A DNA stretch of 64,000 nucleotides, from contig CP060754.1 of NCBI GenBank assembly GCA_023205875.1, positions 434,001 through 498,000 of the forward strand, given 5' to 3'. The DNA comes from Chloropicon primus. Lineage: Eukaryota. Made by a program: the position numbers and the translations under genes. Positions 20,101 through 28,488 of this stretch are shown here, piece by piece. How positions within the stretch are numbered: position 1 is the first letter of the stretch; every line of letters begins with the position of its first letter. The notes beneath the pieces are model-generated. The model made no database searches. It saw only the letters and a program-made list of their open reading frames with translations, and was not told the origin of the DNA.

Positions 20101-21639
20101 TTTTCTGTTCACTTTGCCGCAACTGCAGAGGCTCACAGTTCTTCCAATATCACCGATCTTTGCGCACAAGTCATCTTCAGAAGCATGGTTGTGGAACCAA
20201 TAGTTCTTGATGATGACTTGTCCCTGACTCAGAGCATCTCTATCCACGAAAAGGACTGTCTCGCCGCCATGAGTGACGTACACACAGTGCTCCGCAAGAC
20301 CAAATCCGCCTCCGAACACGCTGTTTGGGAGGCCAGCATGCCTGAACAGGAAGTAGAAATCCCTCATCGTCTTGTATTTGATCATGCCCGCACCGTTCAA
20401 GGCCAACCGGAGGTGGGAGAAATCGTACTCAGCGACTTGGAAATTCCCCCTCTTTCCCTTGGCTACCGCGTACTTGACGAGCTGGCTGTACCCGAAGTCT
20501 GGCGCGGTGATGACGGTGGCCTGATATTTTGTGATCGCCTCTGCCCAGGCGAGTGGATTTTTGAGGAAGGTGAACGGGCTCATGATCACCTGCTGTCCGC
20601 CTGGGACATACATGGAACATAGGGTATTTCCGATGAGTCCCATGTCATGGTACTGTGGCAACCAGCTGACAATTGTGCCAGGAACATCCTCGATCCAGGA
20701 GACATTGGCTGGCGGGCGCTCATCTCGTGATACCTGTCGGCACTTGTCGAAGAGTACGGTGCTGTGCCCCGAGATTCGAATCATTGTCCAAATGTTGTGG
20801 GACAGCGCGGCGTACGTGATCATCACCCCCTTCGGTGCAGACGTGGAACCAGACGTGTACTGCAGAAAAGCAACGTCCGTGCCAGTGACCAGCTCGTCCT
20901 CGAATGTGTCGCAGCCCTTCACACCGCTCGTGGAGTACCACCGAACCCACACGGGCCAAGAACTGTACCCCATCTCATCGGCAGCACCGGGAGCGCGGGA
21001 GGTTGTCTGGCCACCCCACCGCAACCTGGAGGTCCTCATCCACTGCCTCGCGCTTCTGCCAAAGCTCGCCCCGGCGGTGTAAGTGGCGGCATACCTCGCC
21101 ACCCATATGAAGGACGAGTCCGTGAGTGCGATAGACGCCCCGGCATCCTTGGCGATGGACCCCAACACCTTCGCTTGCTGCTCGAGATTCTTCGGATTGG
21201 GAGGGTAGGCCGGGACGGCGGTGACCCCGAGCCTGAAGCAAGCGATGAGCGCCGCGACGAACTCGAGCCCGGGAGGGTAGACGAGGAGCACCGTGTCCCC
21301 CTTCTTGGCCCCCCACTTCCTGAGCTTCTCTGCGATCCCCCCCGAACGGGACCAGAGCTCCCAGTTTGTCGCCGTGACCTTGTCGGACCCGCCTGCCGTC
21401 GAGTTGAGGAACGTGAACGCGATTCTGTCCCTGAATCCTTCGGAATTCGCCCAAACGCTTAGAGCCCTTGCTGGACTGATCGGGTCAGGAGCCATCGAGG
21501 CTCCTCCACCCTGGTTGCCTTTTCGATCCACCAAGGGGAGGGTGCTGGTCGTCGACGTCTTCGCGAATGGATCTGCGTTCAAGTCCAAGGATGAAAGCGG
21601 CTGAACTTTCCCACGGTCTCTGTTTCTCTGGTTAATCAT
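17197..21639 (-). CDS. Fatty acyl-AMP ligase - ACP - MBOAT fusion protein, copy A
   Basis: AFLQYTSGSTSAPKG, WLPQYHDMGLIG, FGLAE, YLRTGDLG, IPKTTSGK (FAAL); DSGMDSSL (ACP); YAPLYMHGP, HWNSFHVSWRDFFLRYIY, SSFIHG (MBOAT). Start could be Met 21639 or 21495; a possible GTGAGT donor lies in the linker at 19116. Confidence 0.88.
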   Translation of the reverse strand: MINQRNRDRGKVQPLSSLDLNADPFAKTSTTSTLPLVDRKGNQGGGASMAPDPISPARALSVWANSEGFRDRIAFTFLNSTAGGSDKVTATNWELWSRSGGIAEKLRKWGAKKGDTVLLVYPPGLEFVAALIACFRLGVTAVPAYPPNPKNLEQQAKVLGSIAKDAGASIALTDSSFIWVARYAATYTAGASFGRSARQWMRTSRLRWGGQTTSRAPGAADEMGYSSWPVWVRWYSTSGVKGCDTFEDELVTGTDVAFLQYTSGSTSAPKGVMITYAALSHNIWTMIRISGHSTVLFDKCRQVSRDERPPANVSWIEDVPGTIVSWLPQYHDMGLIGNTLCSMYVPGGQQVIMSPFTFLKNPLAWAEAITKYQATVITAPDFGYSQLVKYAVAKGKRGNFQVAEYDFSHLRLALNGAGMIKYKTMRDFYFLFRHAGLPNSVFGGGFGLAEHCVYVTHGGETVLFVDRDALSQGQVIIKNYWFHNHASEDDLCAKIGDIGRTVSLCSCGKVNRKDCDIDVSIVDPSDCTRVASGCIGEIWISSPSKTGGYWNKEEETWHTFHARIKGEKQNTAAERKEYLRTGDLGFVWQNELYFVSRMKDLIVVHGRNIIPDDVEFVISQSHRMVRTGCVAAFQTEEDVMCAVAEVRSGDLSDEEIREITNQVLSSTRKHNMSLHSLQLIKPRTIPKTTSGKVRRSECRKKYLDNNLDVVQSTTFTMPVDSLQGKNLNLDALPSLGFSDAKIQILDNLLVTVRAMGLEVSVRDNLMDSGMDSSLMVALHNSLEDLFGCDLPPSVLLDHGTLDGVAYCITKDILCIQDDCVKDSARQSATKKPCKSCHCYLLVSKFRVKLVIHVAKRQGERSDLPNHEAWSLSTDRIVNMESKSEAPKPAAGLKRRMTQKSIMKDVPSLCMVMYFLVAVLLVMSVTRIVDGTTLSLWKQEPAHLFDKNSIRVGIENGSDSKFSIFALKAGMRHLENGFFGRKLDPFHHLFLVWAFEFLPMELFSTLLLVFARRIPWITRRWSPAAVTIGVSLFQVLSMHGISAFWSFLSAFVNLVVCRMVCAAVERKHPASRCRWVIWGTNLLLIAANNYFDILPQRTSGWPMWLVHGWCRKQSVPFSPLKTFRYLVLRQLSYSLDVLDEVSRERKGRKSRPREEKQSSLQYWAYMLYAPLYMHGPCMQYRHFRASPAASLKVNHVPTMRNADKMAERSVMSQVVQRASLMYGRVSVGLHQLIGMLATVLALLVALQTFYMPTIFFLKIHNPSMLVEPVNLQGSEYFVYGQMFLMFVFLHSHVIFGSARALALMDGVHAPNDTPVSHLRSSLSVRQHWNSFHVSWRDFFLRYIYSFARGNVEGVLLVLAFSSFIHGFYAQWYLWGFLNFVAITSEQIMYANHNIRSAATKIVLATFNQTLAFVLQLMIFLPFSVVSYPDLQGISHTYFAFSVKALCLFALWNLLFSLFNSARIICSGNQKTSDGNQAMPFW

Positions 21640-24600
21640 CCTGCCGAACCAAGTGAGGTAGCCAATAAGTTCCACTCCGTGTGCCTTCGCTCGCAGGTCG
21701 ATGTATTCGTACTAGCACGACCTCCAACTCGTCCCATCCACACCAGACGCAACCCTCGACTTTACGACAAGGTAGATGGTGAGGAACGCGAAAAGCGGAC
21801 ACGCGAGGCCTCTCCCCGTAAGCAACGCACCCGTTTGTCTCTCACCCGCGACCGCGTTCGCCGTTAGACGAAGTGAACTTTGCCTCCCCTCGTCCTCTTC
21901 TCCTCACTGGCTACAATCATTGGCGTTTCGAATCGGTCATGATGATAGAAAAGGCGGGCCAAAATCCGTAACGCTCGAGAGTGAGGAGGAAGGGAAGCCT
22001 TCTCGAGAGGAACGGTTGGAGAGGATGGAAGTCACGATGGACGGCGGTAAGGATGGCGGGTGCCACCTCGTTGCCCTCATGGGGTTTCTGGCGCGCCACG
22101 GGAGCAGGGAGGAGCAAGTTTTCGTCGACGAGGACGGAAGGGAAGCCCGGGTGACCTCACGAGAGGTCTGGTCCCGTTCGGGGGGGATCGCAGAGAAGCT
22201 CAGGAAGTGGGGGGCCAAGAAGGGGGACACGGTGCTCCTCGTCTACCCTCCCGGGCTCGAGTTCGTCGCGGCGCTCATCGCTTGCTTCAGGCTCGGGGTC
22301 ACCGCCGTCCCGGCCTACCCTCCCAATCCGAAGAATCTCGAGCAGCAAGCGAAGGTGTTGGGGTCCATCGCCAAGGATGCCGGGGCGTCTATCGCACTCA
22401 CGGACTCGTCCTTCATATGGGTGGCGAGGTATGCCGCCACTTACACCGCCGGGGCGAGCTTTGGCAGAAGCGCGAGGCAGTGGATGAGGACCTCCAGGTT
22501 GCGGTGGGGTGGCCAGACAACCTCCCGCGCTCCCGGTGCTGCCGATGAGATGGGGTACAGTTCTTGGCCCGTGTGGGTTCGGTGGTACTCCACGAGCGGT
22601 GTGAAGGGCTGCGACACATTCGAGGACGAGCTGGTCACTGGCACGGACGTTGCTTTTCTGCAGTACACGTCTGGTTCCACGTCTGCACCGAAGGGGGTGA
22701 TGATCACGTACGCCGCGCTGTCCCACAACATATGGACAATGATTCGAATCTCGGGGCACAGCACCGTACTCTTCGACAAGCTTCAAGAGGTTGGGGTGGA
22801 GTACTTCAGCAACTACCCCAAAGGCGAATCAATCGACCACTGGATCGAGGATGTTCCTGGCACAATCGTCAGCTGGTTGCCACAGTACCATGACATGGGA
22901 CTCATCGGCCATCTTTTGACGCCCTTGCTCATCCCCGGAATGAAGTCTGTGAGAATGAGCCCGTTCACCTTCCTCAAAAATCCACTCGCCTGGGCAGAGG
23001 CGATCACAAAATATCAGGCCACCGTCATCACCGCGCCAGACTTCGGGTACAGCCAGCTCGTCAAGTACGCGGTAGCCAAGGGAAAGAGGGGGAATTTCCA
23101 AGTCGCTGAGTACGATTTCTCCCACCTCCGGTTGGCCTTGAACGGTGCGGGCATGATCAAATACAAGACGATGAGGGATTTCTACTTCCTGTTCAGGCAT
23201 GCTGGCCTCCCAAACAGCGTGTTCGGAGGCGGATTTGGTCTTGCGGAGCACTGTGTGTACGTCACTCATGGCGGCGAGACAGTCCTTTTCGTGGATAGAG
23301 ATGCTCTGAGTCAGGGACAAGTCATCATCAAGAGTTCACTGAGCCACGAGTCCGAAACTAGCTCCTCCATCGACGATTTTCGGGAACAGGAGAATATTGT
23401 GAGCCTCTGCAGTTGCGGCAAAGTGAACAGAAAAGATTGCGACATTGATGTGAGCATCGTCGATCCCTCTGACTGCACCAGGGTGGCCTCGGGGTGTATT
23501 GGTGAGATCTGGATCTCCAGCCCGTCGAAAACAGGAGGGTATTGGAACAAAGAGGAGGAAACGTGGCACACGTTCCACGCAAGAATCAAGGGTGAGAAGC
23601 AAAACACCGCCGCGGAAAGGAAGGAGTACCTTCGCACGGGTGATCTCGGTTTTGTTTGGCAGAATGAATTGTACTTTGTGAGTCGCATGAAGGATCTGAT
23701 TGTGGTCCACGGCAGAAATATCATTCCAGATGATGTTGAGTTTGTGATATCTCAGAGTCACAGGATGGTGCGCACAGGTTGCGTCGCTGCCTTTCAGACG
23801 GAGGAGGATGTGATGTGCGCTGTTGCCGAGGTTCGATCTGGTGACTTGAGCGATGAGGAAATCAGGGAGATCACCAACCAAGTCCTGAGCTCCACGAGGA
23901 AGCACAACATGAGTCTCCACTCTCTGCAACTCATCAAGCCAAGGACTATTCCAAAAACGACAAGTGGGAAAGTGAGGAGGTCAGAGTGCCGTAAGAAGTA
24001 TCTGGACAACAACCTGGATGTGGTGCAGTCGACGACATTCACCATGCCTGTTGATTCTCTTCAAGGGAAGAATCTCAATCTGGATGCTTTGCCCTCTTTG
24101 GGTTTTTCTGATGCCAAGATTCAGATTCTTGATAATCTCTTGGTCACAGTGCGGGCAATGGGCCTTGAGGTGAGCGTTCGCGACAACCTCATGGATAGTG
24201 GCATGGACTCTTCTCTGATGGTTGCTTTGCACAACAGCCTTGAGGACTTGTTTGGCTGTGACCTTCCTCCATCCGTTCTGCTGGATCACGGTACCCTGGA
24301 CGGTGTTGCTCAATACGTTACGAGCGAGATCTTTGAGAAAGCAGGGGTAATGTCTGTGATTGATGTTCAGGCGGAAGGTGAATTAATGAATTCATCAAAC
24401 AAGGCAGCAGCAGGACTCAAGAGGCGGATGACTCAGAAGTCTGTTATGAAGGATGTCCCATCTTTGTGCATGGTAATGTACTTTCTGGTGGCTGTCCTTC
24501 TTGCGACGAGTGTCACTAGGATTGTGGATGGGACCACACTGTCTCTGTGGAAGCAGGAGCCTTCAAAGTTCTTTCAAAGGCCACTCCAGGTTGGGAAAGA

Positions 24601-25539
24601 TATGGTCAAGCTAAGGGATGGTTTGTTTGGTAGAAAGCTTGACCCCTTTCATACCCATTTTTTGGCTTGGACCTTTGAAGCGTTACCAGTGTATCTGATT
24701 TCTGCGCTGCTCTTGGTTTTCGCCCGGCGCATACCTTGGATTACCAGACGCTGGAGTCCCGCTGCAGTCACAATAGGAGTTTCTCTGTTTCAAGTCCTTT
24801 CAATGCACGGAATCTCAGCGTTCTGGTCCTTTCTGAGTGCTTTTGTCAATCTCGTGGTGTGCAGAATGGTATGTGCCGCGGTAGAGAGGAAGCACCCTGC
24901 GTCAAGGTGCAGGTGGGTGATATGGGGCACAAATCTACTCCTTATTATATTGAACAAAATGATAGAGCAGAAGTTCTCTCCTTTGCGTTCTGGTCTTCTG
25001 TCGGACTGGCCTATGTGGTTAGTTCATGGATGGTGTCGCAAAGATCTGAAAAAGTACTCACCAAATGTTTCTTACAAATACTTGGTTCTTCGACAGTTGA
25101 GTTACAGCTTGGATGTACTCGACGAAGTGAGCAGAGAGAGGAAAGGAAGAAAGAGCAGACCACGAGAAGAAAAACAGTCATCTTTGCAGTACTGGGCTTA
25201 CATGTTATACGCTCCCTTATACATGCACGGTCCTTGTATGCAGTACCGCCATTTCAGGGCCAGTCCTGCTGCCAGTTTGAAGGTGAACCATGTGCCGACC
25301 ATGCGTAACGCGGACAAGATGGCCGAGCGTTCTGTGATGAGCCAGGTGGTTCAGCGTGCCTCTTTGATGTATGGCCGTGTATCTGTCGGGCTTCACCAAC
25401 TTATTGGGATGCTTACCATTATTGGTCTGGCTTTTCTATCGATGCAGACCTTCTACATGCCAACAATATTCTTCCTCAAGCTTCACGATTCCCAGTCCAA
25501 GACTGAACCTATGAATCTTCAAGGGTCTGAATATTTTGT
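17810..25539. repeat. Large mosaic inverted repeat: arms ~17810-21356 and ~22167-25539 around an ~810-bp unique spacer
   Basis: Length-matched reverse-complement blocks: 22167-22780/20743-21356 (614 bp), 22955-23333/20205-20583 (379), 23398-24310/19225-20137 (913), 25083-25414/17935-18266 (332); off-frame ORFs in the track are identical between arms. Confidence 0.95.
21640..22024. promoter_or_regulatory. Putative bidirectional promoter between the divergent FAAL-ACP-MBOAT genes
   Basis: Position only: unique sequence between two divergent start codons; no motif identified. Confidence 0.4.
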
Positions 25540-26107
25540 CACCTACAGTCTTTTCACCTTGGCAATATTTCTGCAGAGCTTTGTTGTCTTTGGGCTCTGC
25601 AGAGCTCTTGCTTTAATGGATGGCGTAGAGCCCCCAAAGGACGTGCTCCTCTCCTTCTTGCGCAGCTCCGTGTCTGTCCAGACCCACTGGAACAACTTCC
25701 ATGTCTCGTGGAGGCAGTTCTTCTTCAGGTACATTGTGATGCAGCACAAGGAAACGTTTCAGAGGGGCTATGTGATCGATTTTGCTGTCTTCATGTTCTC
25801 TGCATTCTTGCATTCGGAGCCTATATGGGTTGCCTACTTCTTGTACAACTTCTTCATGTACCAGTTTGAAAAGGTGCTTCTCAAGTGGAAAAGGTTCAAG
25901 GATGGAGATGCTGTCGTGCGTGGGGTGTATCAGAGCATTTTGCTTGCTGCAAATCTCTCGTTCTTTCCACCACTTCTTCTCTACGAGGAACCAAGGGGGA
26001 GCATAAAGTATTCTTCGGTTGGACCAGCGTACTTCTTCCTCTTTTCTGTCTGCTTTTGCTACTTCAACTGCATCAGAATCAAAAACTACCCGGATCAATT
26101 TATTTAA
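22025..26107 (+). CDS. Fatty acyl-AMP ligase - ACP - MBOAT fusion protein, copy B
   Basis: Same FAAL motifs as copy A; ACP Ser codon at 24209 (GMDS); MBOAT HWNNFHVSWRQFFFRYI and SAFLHS (His codon 25811); uninterrupted ORF. Confidence 0.88.
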   Translation: MEVTMDGGKDGGCHLVALMGFLARHGSREEQVFVDEDGREARVTSREVWSRSGGIAEKLRKWGAKKGDTVLLVYPPGLEFVAALIACFRLGVTAVPAYPPNPKNLEQQAKVLGSIAKDAGASIALTDSSFIWVARYAATYTAGASFGRSARQWMRTSRLRWGGQTTSRAPGAADEMGYSSWPVWVRWYSTSGVKGCDTFEDELVTGTDVAFLQYTSGSTSAPKGVMITYAALSHNIWTMIRISGHSTVLFDKLQEVGVEYFSNYPKGESIDHWIEDVPGTIVSWLPQYHDMGLIGHLLTPLLIPGMKSVRMSPFTFLKNPLAWAEAITKYQATVITAPDFGYSQLVKYAVAKGKRGNFQVAEYDFSHLRLALNGAGMIKYKTMRDFYFLFRHAGLPNSVFGGGFGLAEHCVYVTHGGETVLFVDRDALSQGQVIIKSSLSHESETSSSIDDFREQENIVSLCSCGKVNRKDCDIDVSIVDPSDCTRVASGCIGEIWISSPSKTGGYWNKEEETWHTFHARIKGEKQNTAAERKEYLRTGDLGFVWQNELYFVSRMKDLIVVHGRNIIPDDVEFVISQSHRMVRTGCVAAFQTEEDVMCAVAEVRSGDLSDEEIREITNQVLSSTRKHNMSLHSLQLIKPRTIPKTTSGKVRRSECRKKYLDNNLDVVQSTTFTMPVDSLQGKNLNLDALPSLGFSDAKIQILDNLLVTVRAMGLEVSVRDNLMDSGMDSSLMVALHNSLEDLFGCDLPPSVLLDHGTLDGVAQYVTSEIFEKAGVMSVIDVQAEGELMNSSNKAAAGLKRRMTQKSVMKDVPSLCMVMYFLVAVLLATSVTRIVDGTTLSLWKQEPSKFFQRPLQVGKDMVKLRDGLFGRKLDPFHTHFLAWTFEALPVYLISALLLVFARRIPWITRRWSPAAVTIGVSLFQVLSMHGISAFWSFLSAFVNLVVCRMVCAAVERKHPASRCRWVIWGTNLLLIILNKMIEQKFSPLRSGLLSDWPMWLVHGWCRKDLKKYSPNVSYKYLVLRQLSYSLDVLDEVSRERKGRKSRPREEKQSSLQYWAYMLYAPLYMHGPCMQYRHFRASPAASLKVNHVPTMRNADKMAERSVMSQVVQRASLMYGRVSVGLHQLIGMLTIIGLAFLSMQTFYMPTIFFLKLHDSQSKTEPMNLQGSEYFVTYSLFTLAIFLQSFVVFGLCRALALMDGVEPPKDVLLSFLRSSVSVQTHWNNFHVSWRQFFFRYIVMQHKETFQRGYVIDFAVFMFSAFLHSEPIWVAYFLYNFFMYQFEKVLLKWKRFKDGDAVVRGVYQSILLAANLSFFPPLLLYEEPRGSIKYSSVGPAYFFLFSVCFCYFNCIRIKNYPDQFI

Positions 26108-26125
26108 GTGGAGTGTTTTACAGTC

Positions 26126-28228
26126 TCAGCGAGGAGGATCACAATCCAATGAATCTTCAATGTCATTTAAGAAGTACGTCTTCATATCTCCCTTCCCTTT
26201 CACTTTTACTGAGACGGGATCCTCCCACTCAAACTCCTTCTCGTCACGAACAAAACCATGTGTAGCCTCCGAGACTTGCAGTCGCCCCGCTCTCCCGGTG
26301 GACTCCATCCGATTTGCCGTATTCACGGTATCGCCGAACAAACAAAATCTCGGCATCTGACTACCGACGACACCAGAACACACGGCTCCAGTATGTGCAC
26401 CTGCCCTCACCTGACACCTTTTACCATTTGGCATTGTAAGATTGTGGGCTTCCTTCAGGGCAGCTACCGCAAATCGTATCGCAGCTTTGGCGGAGGAGGA
26501 CGCGTCCATGGATTCGCACGATATCATGCTAGTTGATCCTCCCACCGAAAAAGACCGAACGCTCTCTTGTGAGTTCACATTCAAGCCCGAAGCAATCATA
26601 AAGGCGTCACCAATCGTCTCCACCTTGAACAAGTGACCATCCATCTCGATGAGATCGTCAAAGGCGACGAACAAGCTGTGTAGGAAACGCATTACGTCTT
26701 TTGGTGAGCACTCTTGGGACATTGCTGTGAAGCCACAGATATCTGTGAATACGATTGTCACGTTTTGATGCAAGCGAGCCACAGTACGCCCGAGAGTCCC
26801 ACTGGACCCCAGGCTCCGCAAACTTCCTTCGGTGCTGCGAGAGGTACTTTCCTGCATCTGCTCAATGATCAGGTCCCTCGCGATGACTGGAGGAAAGATG
26901 CTGTTGATCAGCTTTTCTTGGTCCTCCTTCTGCTTTACGAGTGCCTGCTCCTTTTGCTTGTTCAGTGCTTGGATGATCTTTTTGTTGATGAAAGCTCGCC
27001 TGTTCGAGTAGTCCAATATGAAGCTCACAATAAGAATGCATACCACAATAATGCACACAATCAGCAGAGGACTCACTGCAATCACCTCAAAAAGCTTTTT
27101 ACAGTAAGTCGTGCTTACATAGCAAGTGAACTCGTCTGTCCTCTCATCATTTGCTTGTTGCAAGACATCCCAAAGATCGCCGTAGGGATTGACGAGTGGA
27201 ACAAGGACGATGAAAATGCTGTGACCAACAGGAAGGTTGACGTGTCAATGCGTCCGTGTCCACCAATTACCCTTCATAGAGCAAGCTTACCTGACAAACA
27301 GTGTCATGATCTCCAATGTGAGTGCAGGCGGAAGACCTGAAAGTGACCCGCGCACGGCGATGAGTTTCGACCAGTGGCAAAATAGTCAGTCCATGCATAT
27401 CGAAGGAGCAGAGATACGATGGACACTCACCCATGAAGAGAATGGATATCAGAGGAGCCACTTCGTAGAAAATGAGGAAGATCAACCATCCAGACGCCCG
27501 CCCAAAGAAGCCAAAATAACCCGAGTTGAAGGCCGTAAAGTTCCACGCACGCATGCCGAGGAAGACGACGTACGCTGGTGAGAAACGAATTCTTGTCAGT
27601 GCAAGCTCAGAGGGAGAGGGAGAGAGACACACGCACGCACGCATACACGCAGAGAGAGAGGTCCAGAGCTCTGGGGCACTTACCGGAACCAATCAGGTAC
27701 AGAATGACGCGCTTGCTCTCGAACATTTTCATGCGGTATATCAGGAAGCACGCGACCGCACACAAAATGAAGCTGAAAAATCCGATGCAGGACACCATGT
27801 AGTACGACAAGAGCGGGTCAGGACCCGTGATTGGCGCAAGGAACTCTTGTACCTCAGGCTCTCCGAACTGAGCGGCATTGAAAGGATAGAACATCCAGTC
27901 GGGTATGAATGTGCCGACGGTGTAGATGAGTCCGCTGGTGGCGAGGCCGAGCATGAATCTGCTCTTCGAGTTCAAAATCACATCCTCGATGTACTCGTCC
28001 TCGACGTTCCGGTCCTTGAAACCTAGGAACCAATACTCGGACGGAGGACCTCTGTCCTCCCGCTCCCTGCGACGACGTGCGAGAGAGAGCCGCAAAACCC
28101 CTGTGTCAGAAGAGCCGTTACTTTTGTGCGGGCACCAAACGTCGCAAAATCTCTTACTCGAAGTCGTAGTCCTCCCTGTGCAAGCATTTCCTGCACCCTT
28201 TGTCTATCAGCAAGTCCAGGAAGACCAT
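26126..28228 (-). CDS. Multi-pass membrane class III nucleotidyl cyclase, guanylyl-type; 4 exons
   Basis: VTIVFTDICGFT, FKVETIGDAFM, MPRFCLFGDTVNTANRMES (Glu/Cys pair typical of GTP specificity); upstream hydrophobic exons joined by three GT-AG introns. Confidence 0.85.
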
Positions 28229-28488
28229 TTCCCCGCGCCTCCGCCGAAACCCTCTCGCTCCCTCTCTCTCTGCTGCTGCTTTGCTCGTTTTTGTTTTCCT
28301 CGTACCCGCGTGCATTTGCTCGAAAACGAGAACACGAGATGATGAGCCGAGAGATAGGAGCACGCGAGAGAGGGCGCTGGAGGGCCGGGAAGGCGGAAGC
28401 AGCATCCCTTCTTGCAAGGAAAGGCAAAGGTTTTCCGGAAGACATGAAACTTACGAAGCAAAATTTACAATAATCCAATTATTCTCAA

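Noticed and set aside
17810..25539. Inverted repeat as transposon terminal repeats or a simple assembly duplication
   Set aside because: The arms are coding paralogue segments with distinct in-frame islands and distinct termini, and no transposase lies between them; only polishing-induced homogenisation remains to be excluded
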